A stretch of DNA of 64,000 bases from the human T2T-CHM13v2.0 reference genome, Homo sapiens, in the NCBI RefSeq assembly GCF_009914755.1, contig NC_060940.1; one strand, given 5' to 3'. Positions within the stretch are counted from its first letter, which is position 1, and the number at the start of each line of letters is the position of its first letter. The notes beneath the pieces were generated by a model that saw nothing but the letters and a program-made list of their open reading frames with translations, was not told the DNA's origin and searched no databases. Below, piece by piece: positions 37,061 to 60,913 of this stretch. The position numbers and the translations under genes are program-made.

Positions 37061-37325
37061 ATTGCTGTTTTATGATAAAGTGAAGTGCAGCTGTTACTTC
37101 TTCCTTCTTTGCTTCCAGCATCTCTCTTCCCTAAGGATTGCTTTTAAAATGTAAGAGTTTTTGGTTGAAATGCTGTTCCTGTGGTTTTTGTCTCTTGGTT
37201 GGAGTGAAAGATTTTGCAGGCTGTGATACAAATCCAGTTCTCTGCTTATTTTCTCCTCAGTCCTTGAAATCCAAAACCAGATCCCTCCCATTGGCCCGTT
37301 GTAATTAGAACCTGCCCCACAATAG

Positions 37326-37682
<357 letters not shown>

Positions 37683-37849
37683 TGATCTACCCGCTGTGGC
37701 CTCCCAAAGTATCAGGATTACAGGCATGAGCCACAGCACCCTGCCAGGCTTGGGTGTTCAAGGAAGAGAAAGAAGGCAGTGTGGCTGGGACATAAGTGAA
37801 TGAGAGGTGGTAGGGTAAGAAATGTGTAGAAAACTATGCAGGGGCCTGA

Positions 37850-38313
<464 letters not shown>

Positions 38314-38869
38314 TAATGGCCACACAGTGCTCATTGATAGATGCCTTGGCCCTGGGCTATTGTTGCTATAGAATTGGTTTGATGAGTACATATTACATGA
38401 GATCTGGGCTCATTAGAGCTTATGGCTTGAGCAGGGACTCCTTGGCCTAGGTTTATGCTGCTCCTGGCCTTGTTAATGACTGCTATTAACACTCTACCCC
38501 CTTTTTATTTTTTTGAGATGGGGTCTTGTTCTGTCGCCCAGGCTGGGAGGCTGGAATGCAGTGATCTTGGCTCACTGCAGCCTCCGCTTCTCAGGCTTAA
38601 GTGATTTTTCCTGCTTCATCCTTCTGAGTAGCTGGGACTAGAGGCACGCACCGCCGTGCCCGTTTGATTTTTGTTTTTGTTTTTTTAGTAGACACGGGGT
38701 TTCACCATGTTGCCCAGGCTGGTCTCAAACTCCTGACCTCAAGTGATCTGTCTGCCTCGGCCTCACAAAGGGCTGGGATTACAGGCATGAGCCATTGCGC
38801 CAGGCACCACTCTACCCTTTTGACTTTGAGCAAGTAAGGTCGTTGATTCCATACATTCATTAAGATTCC

Positions 38870-39440
38870 TGCGTGGCAGAAATCTAACCCCAACTGGTAT
38901 AACCAAGACAAGGAATTGATTATCTCATAACCTTAAATCAGGTGTGGCTGCATCTAGGTGTTCAAATGATATTGTCAGGACCCAGGCTCTCCATCCCTTG
39001 GCCCAGCTTTCCTCTGTTTTGGCTTCACTCTGAGGCAGGCTCTCCCTTGTGATAGCAAGATGACCACCGGCAGTTTCAGGCTTACCTCCGGCTTCAGGCT
39101 TACCTCCAGCTTCAGGCTTACCTTACCAACCCTAGTGGAAAGAGAGTTTCATTTTTGACAGCTATGCAAAAGGTCTGGACCTGGGCCCTCACTGGCTTAG
39201 TATGGGTTAGGCCCATCCTTAAGCCAATCATTGGCTCAGCATGGGTTAGATCCGTGACTGTCACTGGCTGAGCATGGGGGTTAGGCTCACCCTATCATTG
39301 GCTCTGCGTGAATTAGGCCCACCTCTGTCACTGGCTCATCGTGGGTTAGGCCCACCCATGAGCTGATCACTAAGGTCGTGAATAGGCATATGCCTCTTCC
39401 CAGGTGTGGAGGATGATGTCAGATCCCTCTGAACTCATGA
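38870..39440. mobile_element. Old ERVL-type solo LTR (LTR33-like) with internal tandem expansions
   Basis: Motifs such as CTTTCCTCTGTTTTGGCTTCACTCTGAGGCAGGCTCTCCC and CAAGATGACC...CAGGCTTAC resemble the recalled LTR33 consensus. Confidence 0.6.
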
Positions 39441-39445
39441 AATGA

Positions 39446-39780
<335 letters not shown>

Positions 39781-40236
39781 TGAACTCTTGACCTCAAGTC
39801 ATCTGCCTGCCTCAGCTTCCCAAAGTGTTGAGATTACAGGCATGAGCCACCACGTCTGGCCAGCTTTGTATGACATTTCGCCTTTCTGCCTTGATCAAAC
39901 TTTCAGAGAATCTGCTTTCCAGAGGGATGAGTGGGTCGGGAAATAGCATGTTTTCTCTGAATGAGGGAAAGGATTGAAAAAGTAGGAGGGAGAAAGGATG
40001 TGAATATGAGTCCCAACAAATGCAGAGTTATCGGTAAGTTTTGTGCTTGAATCTAGGTACAATTGTGCATTTCCTGGTTCTGCATGAATTAGGCCCACCT
40101 CTGTCATTGGCTCAACATGGGTGAGGCTCACTAACTTCCACCAGAAGTTAGTGGTGGTGTCTGTGTTGACACTTACATGTTTAGCCTAATGATTTCATGT
40201 TTTAACCAAAACTATAGCTTGTTGGTTATATCTTAG

Positions 40237-40985
<749 letters not shown>

Positions 40986-42031
40986 TGACAAGCTCAGAGC
41001 CTCAAATAAATTCAGAAAATAGGTGATTACATCAAACAGCCTCTATCAACAGGGAGTATACAAACCGTTAGCCCAACTGTTAATAGAAGTCTGCTTTCTT
41101 GCTGGGTGTGGTGGCTCACACCTAGAATCCTAGTGCTTTGGGAGTACAAGGCAGGAGGATCGCTTGAGCCCAGGAATTTGAGACCAGCCTAGGCAACATA
41201 GTAAGACCCCATCTCTTAAAAAAAAAATTAGCTTGGCGTAGTGGCCTATACCTGTAGTCCCAGCTAGTCAGGAGGCTGAGGCAGGAGGATCAGTGCCGCC
41301 TAGGAGTTCAAAGATGCAGTGAGCTATGATTGTGTCACTGCACTCCAGCTGGGTTGACAGATTGAGACCCTATCTCTTAAAAAAAAAATTGCTTCCCTCA
41401 CCTCTGCTGTGAAACAGCTCAAAGTCCTGAGAGCCAAGGCCCCTACCGCCCACATCCTCTAGCTGTTGGCTAATTTATTTCATCGTCTTTTAGGTAATTC
41501 TCCAGAATTCCATCTCTTTCCTCTTTTTCACCTCCCAGTTACTCCTGCACTCAGTTCTTCGTCTTTCCTCCTCCACTGTGTAGAAACTGTTCTTGCTCAC
41601 ACCGCCAGTGACCGACTTTCGCTCAGCCTTGTGGATATTTTCCAGCCCTTATCTTCCCTGCTTCTCTGTTGCATCCTTGTGACACTGGAATGTTTCCCTT
41701 TTTTCCCTTGAAACCGCCCACTCCCAGGACAGCACAGTCTTCCTGATTCTCATCTCTCTCACTCTGTTTCTTCTCTGCCTCCTTCGGTTACCATTTCTTA
41801 AACTGCCCACCTTTCCAATATTGGCATTCTTCACTGTTCCATACACAGTCCCTAGGCGATTCTTCCATGGTCACGAGGAAAAGAGAAAAACCAGCTATAG
41901 ACGCATGACTTTCAAATGGATATTGTTGACCCAATTTCAACCCTGAGTTTCAGCTGCGATATTGCATCTTGGTGTGTCATGGACATGTCAAGCTGTGAAT
42001 GTCTGAGACTGGGTTTGTTATCTCTCCTTAA

Positions 42032-42175
<144 letters not shown>

Positions 42176-43105
42176 TGACTAGCTGGGACTACAGGCACCC
42201 GCTGCCAGGCCTGGATAATTTTTTGTATTTTTAATAGAGACAGTGTTTCACCATGTTAGCCAGAATGGTCTTGATCTCCTAACCTCGTGATCCACCTGCC
42301 TCGGCCTCCCAAAGTGCTGGGATTACAGGTGTGAGCCACCGCGCCCGGCCGAGTTTTCCTTTTGATTGTCCTTTTTTTTTGAGACGGGATCTTGCTGTGT
42401 TGCCCAGGCTGGAGTACAGTGGCATGGTCATGGGTCACTGCAGCCTCGACCTCTCCTTGCCCCTCATCCTCTCGAGTAGCTGGAACTACAGACACACCAC
42501 CATGACCAGCTAGTTTTTGTATTTTTTGTAGAGATAGGGTCTCACCAGGTTGCCCAGGCTGGTCTGGAACTCCTGGGCTCAAGCATTCCACCTGCTTTGG
42601 CCTACCAATGTGCTGGGATTACAGGTGCGAGGCACTGCACCCAGCCACCTTCTGGAAGTCTTTATCTCTGGTGATGGGGATGGTGGCGGCACCCAATTGC
42701 CTAAGGTAGAGCCCCAGAAGATGTCCTCACCTCCTTTTTCTCTCTCCCCTGCCCCGAAAAGTCATAATTCATCAAGTTCTGGTAAGTTTGCCTTCTAAAT
42801 ATTTTTGGAGTCCATTTCTGTTCCCTCCATCTTCATTCCTACTTTCTTTTTTTTTAGACAAGGTCTCACTCTCTTGCCCAGGCTGGAGTGCAGTACCGTG
42901 ATCATAGCTTACTGCAGCCTCAAATTCCTGGACTCATGTGATCCTCCTTCCTCAGCCTCCAGAGTAGCTAGGACTACAGATGTGTTGCACCACACCAGTC
43001 TAATTTTTTAAAAAGTTTTTTTGTCAAGGTAGGGTCTTGCTGTGTTTCCCAGGCTGGTCTTGAACTCCTGGTCCCAAGTGGTCCTCTTGCCTTGGCCTCC
43101 CATAG

Positions 43106-43366
<261 letters not shown>

Positions 43367-44062
43367 TAGTAGGGACAGGGTTTCACCGTGTTAGACAGGA
43401 TGGTCTCAATCTCCTGACCTCATGATCCGCCTGCCTCGGCCTCCCAAAGTGCTGGGATTACAGGCATGAGCCACCGTGCCTGGTCTCTTTTCTTTTTTAA
43501 ATAGGATCTCACTTCATCACCCAGGCTTTAGTGCAGTGGCACTATCTTGGCTCACCGCAACCTCTGCCTCCTGTGCTCAGGTGATCCTCCCATCTCAGCC
43601 TCCTGAGTAGCTGGGAACACAGGCATGTGCCACCACAGCTGGCTGATATTTTTCTATTTTTAGTAGAGACGGAGTTTCTCCATGTTACCCAGGCTGGTCT
43701 CAAACTCCCAGGCTCAAGCGATCTGCCTACCTTGGCCTGTCAAAGTGCTGGGATTATAGGCGTGAGCCACTGCACCTGGCCTCCACCTTCCTTTCTTTCT
43801 TGCATTGCTGCAGGAGCTCCCCATCTTAGGCCTTGTCCTTCCTCTGCCTGTCCATGGCCACCAGGACCAGCTTTTTAAGCAGGAGAGCCCATCATATCAC
43901 ATCACTCTCTTCCCTAACTTTCTCCAATGGTTTCCCATTGCCACTAAGTTTCTTAACATCTTGCAAAAGCCGTCTGTGACTTAGCCCCTTTATTTCAGTC
44001 TGTCCAGGTAGGTTCCCTTCCACTCGTCACCTTTCAACCCAGGCTTACCAGACTCCCTCTAG

Positions 44063-44266
<204 letters not shown>

Positions 44267-45600
44267 TGAGTAGCTGGGAGTATGGGTGCCCGCCACCACG
44301 CCCAGCTAATTTTTGTATTTTTTTTTAGTAGAGACGGAGTTTCACCATATTGGCCAGGCTGGTCTCGAACTCCTGCCCTCATGATCTGCCTGCCTCAGCC
44401 TCCCAGTGTGCTGGGATTACAGGCGTGAGCCACTGCACCTGGCTTTTTCATATTCTTTCACATGCTCCTCATGTGTCGCCTCTTCTAGGAAGCCTTCCTT
44501 GACTTTCGGGTTGAGTTTTGAACTTCTTAAATATCCTGGGCACTGATAGAAATGTATTTTCAGGTGCATACATATTTCAGAACACACCAATGTGTATACT
44601 CAAATATATGCAATTTATTGCATGTCAAAATCCTGTGCACATTTCTGTGGCTATACTAGGCACATAGTTTTATCATAATTTACATGGGGTTGGGTGCGGT
44701 GGTTCACGCCTGTAATACCAGCACTTTGGGAGGCTGAGGTGGGTGGTTCACTTGAGGTCAGGAGTTTGAGACCAGCCTGGCCAACATGGTGAAACCCTGT
44801 CTCTACTAAAAATAGAAAAATTAGCCAGGCGTGGTGGCGCATGCCTGTAAAATCGCAGTTGCTCGGGAGGCTGAGGCACAAGAATCATTTGAACCCAGGA
44901 GGCAGAGGTTGCAGTGAGCTGAGATCACGCCACTGCACTCCAGCCTGGGTGATAGAGCAAGAGTCTGTCTCAAATAATAATTATAATTATTATTTTATGC
45001 GTAATTTCCATTCCAGCCCCCACTCCCCCACTCCCTCCACCAGACTGTGAGGCCCCTTTAGGGAAGGCAGGCATCTTGGAGACGTTTTATGTGGCTCCCT
45101 AGGTCCTTTAGTAGGTGCTCAATAAATATTTGCATAGGGATATCCATGAGCCTTGATGTTAACCCAGGGAATATAACAGGTGAGTGGATTGTGTTTTGTT
45201 TGGGTTTAGCTTCAGATTTTTGGCAGTATTTAATCATTTAACCCAGCATAAAGTTTATTTATTTATTTATTTATTTTGACACAGAGTCTCGGTCTGTCAC
45301 TCAAGCTGGAGTGCAGTGGCGCCATCTCGGCTCACTGCAAGCTCCACCTCCTGAGTTCACACCATTCTCCTGCCTCAGCCTCCTGAGTAGCTGGGACTAC
45401 AGGCACCCGCCACCACACCCAGCTAATTTTTCGTATTTTAGTAGAGACGGGGTTTCACCATGTTAGCTAGGGTGGTCTCGATCTCCTGACCTCGTGATCC
45501 GCCCGCCTCAGCCTCCCAAAGTGCTGGGATTATAGGCGTGAGCCACCGCGCCTGGCCAAGTTTTTTTTTTTTTTTCTGTTAAAGGGGATCAGCTGTTTAA

Positions 45601-45882
<282 letters not shown>

Positions 45883-46513
45883 TAAACTCCTGGGCTTAAG
45901 CGATCATCCTGGCTCAGCCTCCCAAGTAGATGGGACTATAGGTGTGCTTCACCAGGCCAGGCTTTTTTTTTTTTGGCGGAAACAGGGGTCTCGCTATGTT
46001 GCCCAGGCTGGTCTTGAACTCCTGGACTCAAGTGATGCACCTCTGCCTCCCACAGTGTTGGGACTACAGGTGTGAGCTCTCTTTTTTCTATAAAAAGAAC
46101 AGCAACCATTTATTGCAGGCCTATATGTGCCAGGCAGTGTGAAAGGCTTAACTTACACTATCTCAAAACTGCCTGTGAAAAAACTATTAGCACCCCATTA
46201 TATAGATGAAGAAACTGAGCCTCAGTGAAGGCAGATAACTTGCTCACAGTCACACAGCCAATAAGTAGCAGAGCTGGAATTTGAACTCCAGACCTATGGT
46301 CCTGATTATCCTACTATGCTACTTTACATTTTGTTTTCTTATTTTCTTTTTCTTCTTTTTTTTTTGAGACAGAGTCTCACTCTGTTGCCCAGGCTGGAGT
46401 GCAGTGGTGCCATCTTGGCTCACTGCAGCCTCCACCTCTGGGTTGAAGCAATTCTCGTGCCTCAGCTTCTCGAGTAGCTGGAATTACAGGCACCCACCAC
46501 CACGCCTGGCTAA

Positions 46514-46675
<162 letters not shown>

Positions 46676-47366
46676 TGAGATGGAGTTTCGCTCTTCTTGC
46701 CCAGGCTGTAGTGCAATGGCATGATCTCGGCTCACCACAAGCTCCACCTCCTGGGTTCAATCGATTCTCCTGCCTCAGCCTCCCGAGTAGCTAGGATTAC
46801 AGGCATGCGCCACCATGCCCAGCTAATTTTGTATTTTTAGTAGAGACGGGGTTTCTCCATGTTGGTCAGGCAGCTCTCGAACTCCCAACCTCAGGTGATC
46901 CACTTGCCTCGGCTTCCCTAAGTGCTGGGATTACAGGCGTGAGCCACCACGCCCGGTGTCCATCTTATTTTCTAGAAGGGTTTTTATCAGTTCCTAGATG
47001 CCATATCTGGTAAGTTCTTTGTGCACAGGGAAAGAGCTTTTCCCTATGCCTAGCAAAATATATTGCTAAAGATTTTAAGATTTGAAACTCGTGTTTTGGT
47101 CAGGGCTCATATCTGGGAGGTGTGTGTGTGTGCGTTTGGTTTGGCACTGTTTTTATTTATAATGGGTCTTTATAATTTGTACATAGAGGCCTTATTCCAG
47201 TCCCCTTAGTTTCTTTCATTTATTGAAAAATTATTTTAGGTCCAGGCACAGTGGCTCACATCTGTAATCCCAGCACTTTGGGTAGGCAGATCACTTGAGC
47301 TCAGGAGTTTGAGACCAGCTCTAGCAACATGGCAAAACCCTGTCTGTACAAAAAATACAGAAATTA

Positions 47367-47547
<181 letters not shown>

Positions 47548-47823
47548 TCACTCTGTCACCCAGGCTGAATTGCACTGGCTCTTCACAAGTGTGACCTATC
47601 TCACTGCAACCCCTGGGACCCCAGGTGATCCTTCTGCCTCAGCCTCCCAGGTAGCTGGGACTACAGGCGTGTGCCACCATGTCTGGCTGATTTTTAAACA
47701 CATTTCTGTAGAGATGAGGTCTTACTATGTTGCCCTGGCTGGTCTGGAACTCCTGGCCTCAAGTAATTCTTAATGAGCCACTGTACCCAGCCCTTCCTAC
47801 TTTCTTTATTCTAGTTTGACTTA

Positions 47824-48147
<324 letters not shown>

Positions 48148-48174
48148 TCAAAAATATTACTACGTGATGATTAA

Positions 48175-48351
<177 letters not shown>

Positions 48352-48554
48352 TGAGAGGAAGTGTGCTCAGGTGTAGACAGGCGTCCAACACAGGCATGGC
48401 ATGCTTGGCTGGAAGAAGGAACCCTGCAATGAGGGACTCCAGACCCCAGGCCCATGCTCATCTCTGGAAGGGCCTGTGGGGCAGACGTGATCTTTGAACT
48501 CTTTGTGCCTCTAGTGGGTGGTGCTTTTTGTTTTTTTTTTTTTTTTTTTTTTGA

Positions 48555-48659
<105 letters not shown>

Positions 48660-49509
48660 TGAGTAGCTGGGATTATAGGCGCCTGCTACCACGCCTGGCT
48701 AATTTTTTTTGTATTTGTAGTAGAGACGGGGTTTTATGTTGGCCAGGCTGGTCTCGAACTCCTGACCTCGGGATCCATGATGGGTGGAGCTTTGAGAAGC
48801 AAGTCACACACATGTTCCCGTGGACTTTCTTGGTTGTGTACACTGATTTTATAGGGCACATGGCAGGGAGACTTTTTTTTTTTTTTGAAACAGGGTCTTG
48901 CTCTGTTGCCCAGACTGGAGTACAGTGGCTGGATTACAGCTCACTGCACCCTGGACGTCTCAGGTTTAAGCAGTCCTCTCACCTGGGCCGGGCGAGGTGG
49001 TGCATACCTGTAATCCCAGCACTTTGGGAGGCTGAGGTGGGCAGATCACGAGGTCAAGAGATTGAGACCATCCTGGCCAACATGATGAAACCCTGTCTCT
49101 ACTAAAATTACAAATATTAGCTGGGCGTGGTGGTACACGCCTATAGTCCCAGCTTACTTGGGAGGCTGAGGCAGGAGAATCACTTGATGGTTGGAGGCTG
49201 TAGTGAGCTGAGATTGTGCCACTGCACTCCAGCCTGGCAACAGAGCGAGACTCCGTCTCAAAAAAAACCAAAGTCCTTCCACCTGAACCTCGGGAGTAGC
49301 TGAGACTACAGGCATGCGGCACCATGCCTGGTTAGTTTTTGTATTTTTTATAGAGACAGGGTTTCGCTGTGTTGCCCAGGCTGGTCTTGAACTCCTGGAC
49401 GCGAGCAGTCCTCCTGCCTTGGCCTCCCAAATTGCTGGGATTATAGGCATGAGCCACCACCTGGCCAGGGAGACATTTTTAGGGTATGGAGGTGTTGCTA
49501 GAGTAATAT

Positions 49510-50826
<1,317 letters not shown>

Positions 50827-51406
50827 TCTGCAAGGTAAAAACCATCCCTTCTGTACATGCTGTAGGGCTCAGCAAGGGATCACTAAGTCAACACCGTGCC
50901 CCAGAGACTGGCTCTCAGCCTTAGCTGCCAGCCAGCATCACTAGGCCAGCTTCATAAACATCCGACAGGCCTGAACCCTCTCTCCCCATCCCCATCTCCC
51001 CGCCTTGCTCTGAGATTCCATTTCTCAGTAAGTCTGGGTGGGGCCCTGGCATGTCTGTGTGGTTTTCTTTTTCTCATTAAACTCCCAATGTACATTTTGA
51101 TGAGCTGCTTCATGGAAGAGTCAAAACTGTGTGTGCCCAGGGCTAGGTATGATGGACGGTGAAAGGGGAAGTGCTGGTTGCCTTCTTTGGGAAGACAAAC
51201 CTAATGCCATGAAGCAGTTGGGGACGTGAAGCTCAGTCACAGAACTCTGATGTGGGGGCCTTTCAAGAGAAAAAGGACTGGCTGGGTGCGGTGGCTCATG
51301 CCTGTTATCCCAGCACTTCAGGAGGCCGAGGTGGGCAGATCACCTGAGGTTGGGAGTTTGAGACCAGCCTCACCAACATGACAAAACCCTGTCTCTACTA
51401 AAACTA

Positions 51407-51559
<153 letters not shown>

Positions 51560-52024
51560 TCAAAAAAAAAAAAAAGAAAGAAAAAGAAAGGACTGCATGG
51601 GTTGAGGGAGGCTGTGTGGAGGGTGTTTGTAGGTGTATGTGTTGCTGACACTTGGTGCTTGGGGAGATGGGGCTGAAGGAGAGTTGATCTGTACCCATCA
51701 CAGACGTGGACAAGAATGGGTGTCGGGTGGACCTTGGCAAGCCCAGCTTTACTAATGTATAGGAAAGGGTGTGGGACCAACAAATGGATTGGGGGTTTGG
51801 GGCAGGGCGGAGGAGAGGTCCCAGACACGTTGAAGGTGGTCATTGAAGCTGAAGCTTTCTGTTGGAGACCACAGAGTGCAGCTGGCCGTCTGCAGATCCA
51901 TCTGCCCCATAGGTGTTGTTTGATCGCCTTCAGGGGTTTTTGTTCAGCATTTCCCCATGAACGTTTTCCAGCATATAAGGCTGAAAGAATTTCCAGTGAA
52001 TACCTGTGTATCCACCACCACCTA

Positions 52025-52490
<466 letters not shown>

Positions 52491-54125
52491 TTAGTGTCAT
52501 CTGCCTCTCCCTGTACTTGGCCCACTTCACCCATTTGTTAACAGCTGAACACCTGCTACACACAATGAGCAATGATTATCGTTCTTTTTGTTGTTGTTGT
52601 TTTTGCTGTTGGAGACAGAGTCTCCCCCTGTCACCCAGGCTGGAGTGCAGTGGTGTGATCTCAGCTCACTGCAACCTCTGACTTCCAGGCTTAAGTGATC
52701 CTCCCACCTCAGCCTCCCAAGTAGCTGAGATTACAGGCACCTGCCACACCACGCCTGGCTAATTTTTGTTATTTTTTGTAGAGACGGGTTCATGTGCCCA
52801 TGCTAGTCTGGGACTCCTGAGCTCAAGTGATCCGCCTGCCTCGGCCTCTCAAAGTGCTGGGATTACAGGTGTGAGCCACTGCGCCTGGCTGATTATAGTT
52901 CCTAAATTGAAGGGGACTCTGGGTTGAAAAGCTGGGTAGGAGGAAGATTAGTGGTATGAACTGCAGTTTGGAGAGGATAACAGGCCCTCCATGGATCCTG
53001 AGTAAAATATCAAGAGAATTACTCACTAATTCTCTGCTTCAAGACTGAGCTCTTGGGCCTGGCGTGGTGGCTGATGCCTGTAATGCCAGCACTTTGGGAG
53101 ACCGAGGCGGGCGGATCATGAGGTCAAGAGATTGAGACTGTCCTCGCTAACATGGTGAAACCCCGTCTCTACTAAAAATAAAAAAATTAGCTGGGCATGG
53201 TGGCGCACACCTGTAGTCCCAGCTACTCGGGGGCTGAGGCAGGAGAATTGCTTGAACCTAGGAGGTGGAGGTTGCAGTGAGCTGAGATTGCGCCACTGTA
53301 CTGCAGCCACATGTCAGATGCAGGAGACTCAGAGCACACAGCACAGTGAAGAAACAGGGTACCTTGGAATAACGAGGACCCTGCCACCAGCAAGTATTTG
53401 TCAGTCACCTAAGAGAAATATATTCAGCTGGGCCGGACTTCTTAACAACTGGCTTATTCATCACGGGTTGAATGAAAAAGCCTTTAAGGGACCAAACAGA
53501 GCATCTATTGATGCCCCCATCAGCTGACAGCTTATTCGAATTAGCCCCAAATGGCAGCACAACATTTCAGCAACAGGTTTTCATGTCCACAGGTTCCGAG
53601 GAGATCTCTCAATCGCCAGTGCAGTCGGTGGAGCCCACTCGCTGCGTCCTCCTGGAGCCTGCGTTTGAATTTAGGTTAATGACTTAAGATCCTGTTTTAT
53701 TTGGAGATGTTCCCAAATAAAGGGTGTGAGGCGATGAGAGCCACGCCTGGGAACAGGGCCTGGTCTGCCTCTACTTGCTGGGTGCAGATACTTCTCTGCT
53801 TACAGCCAGGAAATGGGGAGGGTGCTGCGGGCGGCAGCAGGGATGTGGTCCGCCCTCCTCATCCTTCCAACGCTGTAAATCATCTGTTTGTTCTTTCTTT
53901 GGAGTCTTCTTGCACAATGGCTCTCGCCACGCCTCTCTGGCCTAGGCACCATTACATCACCCTGGGTGCATCCGGACTTTCTAGCAACGGCTTTGTTTAC
54001 TTGATTGAGTAAAGAGAAGTTGGCCTTTTTTAACTTTTAAATTAGACCTTGCGCCTTTCTTGTGGGAAGTGTTTTCTCTTATGTTTGTAGAATCTAGGAT
54101 GGGTGTTTTGTGTTTTCGGTTTTGA

Positions 54126-54344
<219 letters not shown>

Positions 54345-54419
54345 TGATCTGCCCGCCTTGGCCTCCCAAGTAGCTGGAACTACAGCCGTGCACCACTATG
54401 CCGGGCTAATTTTTGTATT

Positions 54420-58020
<3,601 letters not shown>

Positions 58021-58349
58021 TTTGAATGACACCTGCCTGTTCCCACCACGTTACATCACTTGCCTAAGAGTCAGCTCTGGAGAGAAGGTTCTGTTGACTG
58101 AGCCTGGCTTGTCTCCCGATTGTGGTGGGAGGGTGGGACAGAAAGCCTGGAGCCCCACCCAGGGAGTGTGGTGGGAGGAGTAGTTTCATAAAGAGAGAGG
58201 GTCAGGCCAGGTGCAGTGGCTCACACCTGTAATCCCAGCACTTTGGGAGGCCGAGGCGTGCAGATCACTTGAGGTGTCAGGAGTTCAAGACCAGCCTGGC
58301 CAACGTGGTAAAACCCGGTCTCTACTAAAAATACAAAAATTAGCCACTA

Positions 58350-58934
<585 letters not shown>

Positions 58935-60703
58935 TGAGTATAGGGAACTAAGCAGTGAGCAGAACAAAGCCAGTGCCCTTCTGGATTTTAGTGCCCGGGG
59001 GGAAATGGACAATAGTCGAAGAAGTGCAATTTCATTACAGCAGCAAGGCTGGCAGCCCAGGGTGCTGTGGGGGTGTGTAATAGGATGTATTAATTTGGCT
59101 GTTGGCCTGGGAGCGTCAGGCGAGCCTTACCAGGGGAAATGCTATTTAGGCTAAGACCAGAGGAATGAGTAGCCATGATGCCAGGAGGGGTGTGAGACAA
59201 GAACATTCCAGACAGAACACCAAGCCTGTGCTAAGCCCCTAAGGTGGGAAGGAAGCTTTTTCAAAGAACAGTTTTTTGTTTTTTTTTGGAGACGGAGAGT
59301 CTCTGTCGCCAGGTTGGTGTACAGTGGCGTGATTTCGGCTCACTACAATCCCTGCCTCCTGGATTCAAGCAATTCTCATGCCTCAGGCTCCTGAGTAGCT
59401 GGAATTACAGGCACGTGCCACCACACCATTCTAATTTTTGTATCTTTAGTAGGGATGGGCTCTTGCCATGTTGGCCAGGCTGGTCTCAAACTCCTTAGCC
59501 TCCAAAGTGCTGTGATTACAGGTGTGAGCCACTGCGCCCAGCCCAGTGATTCCTAAACTGATGTTCTGTGGTTTAGCAGAATGATAATGACTAACATTTA
59601 CAGAAGAATTACTCTCAGCCAAGCAGTTTTTTTGGATAAGAACACTTGTTTTTAAAAAATTTATATATGAATTATATACAGTGAAATGCGCAGATGTGGC
59701 CAGGCACGGTGGCTCACGCCTGTAATCCCAGCACTTTTGGAGGCCGAGGTGGGCGGATCACGAGGTCAGGAGATCGAGACCATCCTGGCTAACATGGTGA
59801 AAACCCGTCTCTACTAAAAATACAAAAAATTAGCCGGGCGTGGTGGCGGGTGCCTGTAGTCCCAGCTAGTCGGGAGGCTGAGGCAGGAGAATGATGTGAA
59901 CTGGGAAGGGCGGAGCGTGTAGTGAGCCGAGATTGCGCCACTGCACTCCAGCCTGGGCGACAGAGCTAGACTCTGTCTCAAAAACAAAACAAAACAAAAA
60001 ACAACAAAAAAACAAAAAAAGCACAGATGTTTTTTCTTTTATTTATTTTTGGAAACAGGGTCTTGCTCTGTTACCCAGGCTGGAGGGCAGTGGTGCCACC
60101 ATAGTGCATTGCAGCCTGAAACTTCTGGGAGCAAGTGATCCTCCTGCCTCAACCTCCCAAAGTTCTGGAATTACTGGCATGAGCCACTGCACCCGGCCTC
60201 CTCAGAGAGTTTTTTTTCTGCCTCATTCTTTTTCTCCTGTCCGTCTCGGACGCCATCTATACACATAACCTTTTTATATTGTCAGGCAGGTTCCTAAGGC
60301 TCTCTTCATTTTTCTTTTCCCTAATTATTTTTTTGTCTTTGTTCTTCAAATTGAATAATTTCTGTTTATCCAGTTTCAAGTTGATAGACGCCCTCTTCTC
60401 TCTCCAATCTGCCATTATAGCAGATGAAATATTGAATTTTCAATATATTGTATTTTTAGATGTAGGATTTGTGTTTGTTCTTTTATAATTTCTGTTCTAT
60501 TGAGGTTTCTTGACATCCTTGAGCATAGTTGTAAGAGCTGCTTTGAGGTCCTTTTGTGCAGTTTTCAACATCTGGGTCACATTTTCTTTATACTCCACGC
60601 ATTCAATAACTTTGGGGTTGTATTGTAGGCAGTGTGAGTGGTGTTTCCCACGTGGTGTTTCCCACAGACTATTAGTTGTTTTTTGTTTTTGTTTTTGTTT
60701 TAA

Positions 60704-60913
<210 letters not shown>

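Noticed and set aside
39189-39357. ~33-bp periodic repeats as a CRISPR-like array
   Set aside because: Degenerate head-to-tail units without unique spacers, within an LTR in primate DNA; no cas genes.
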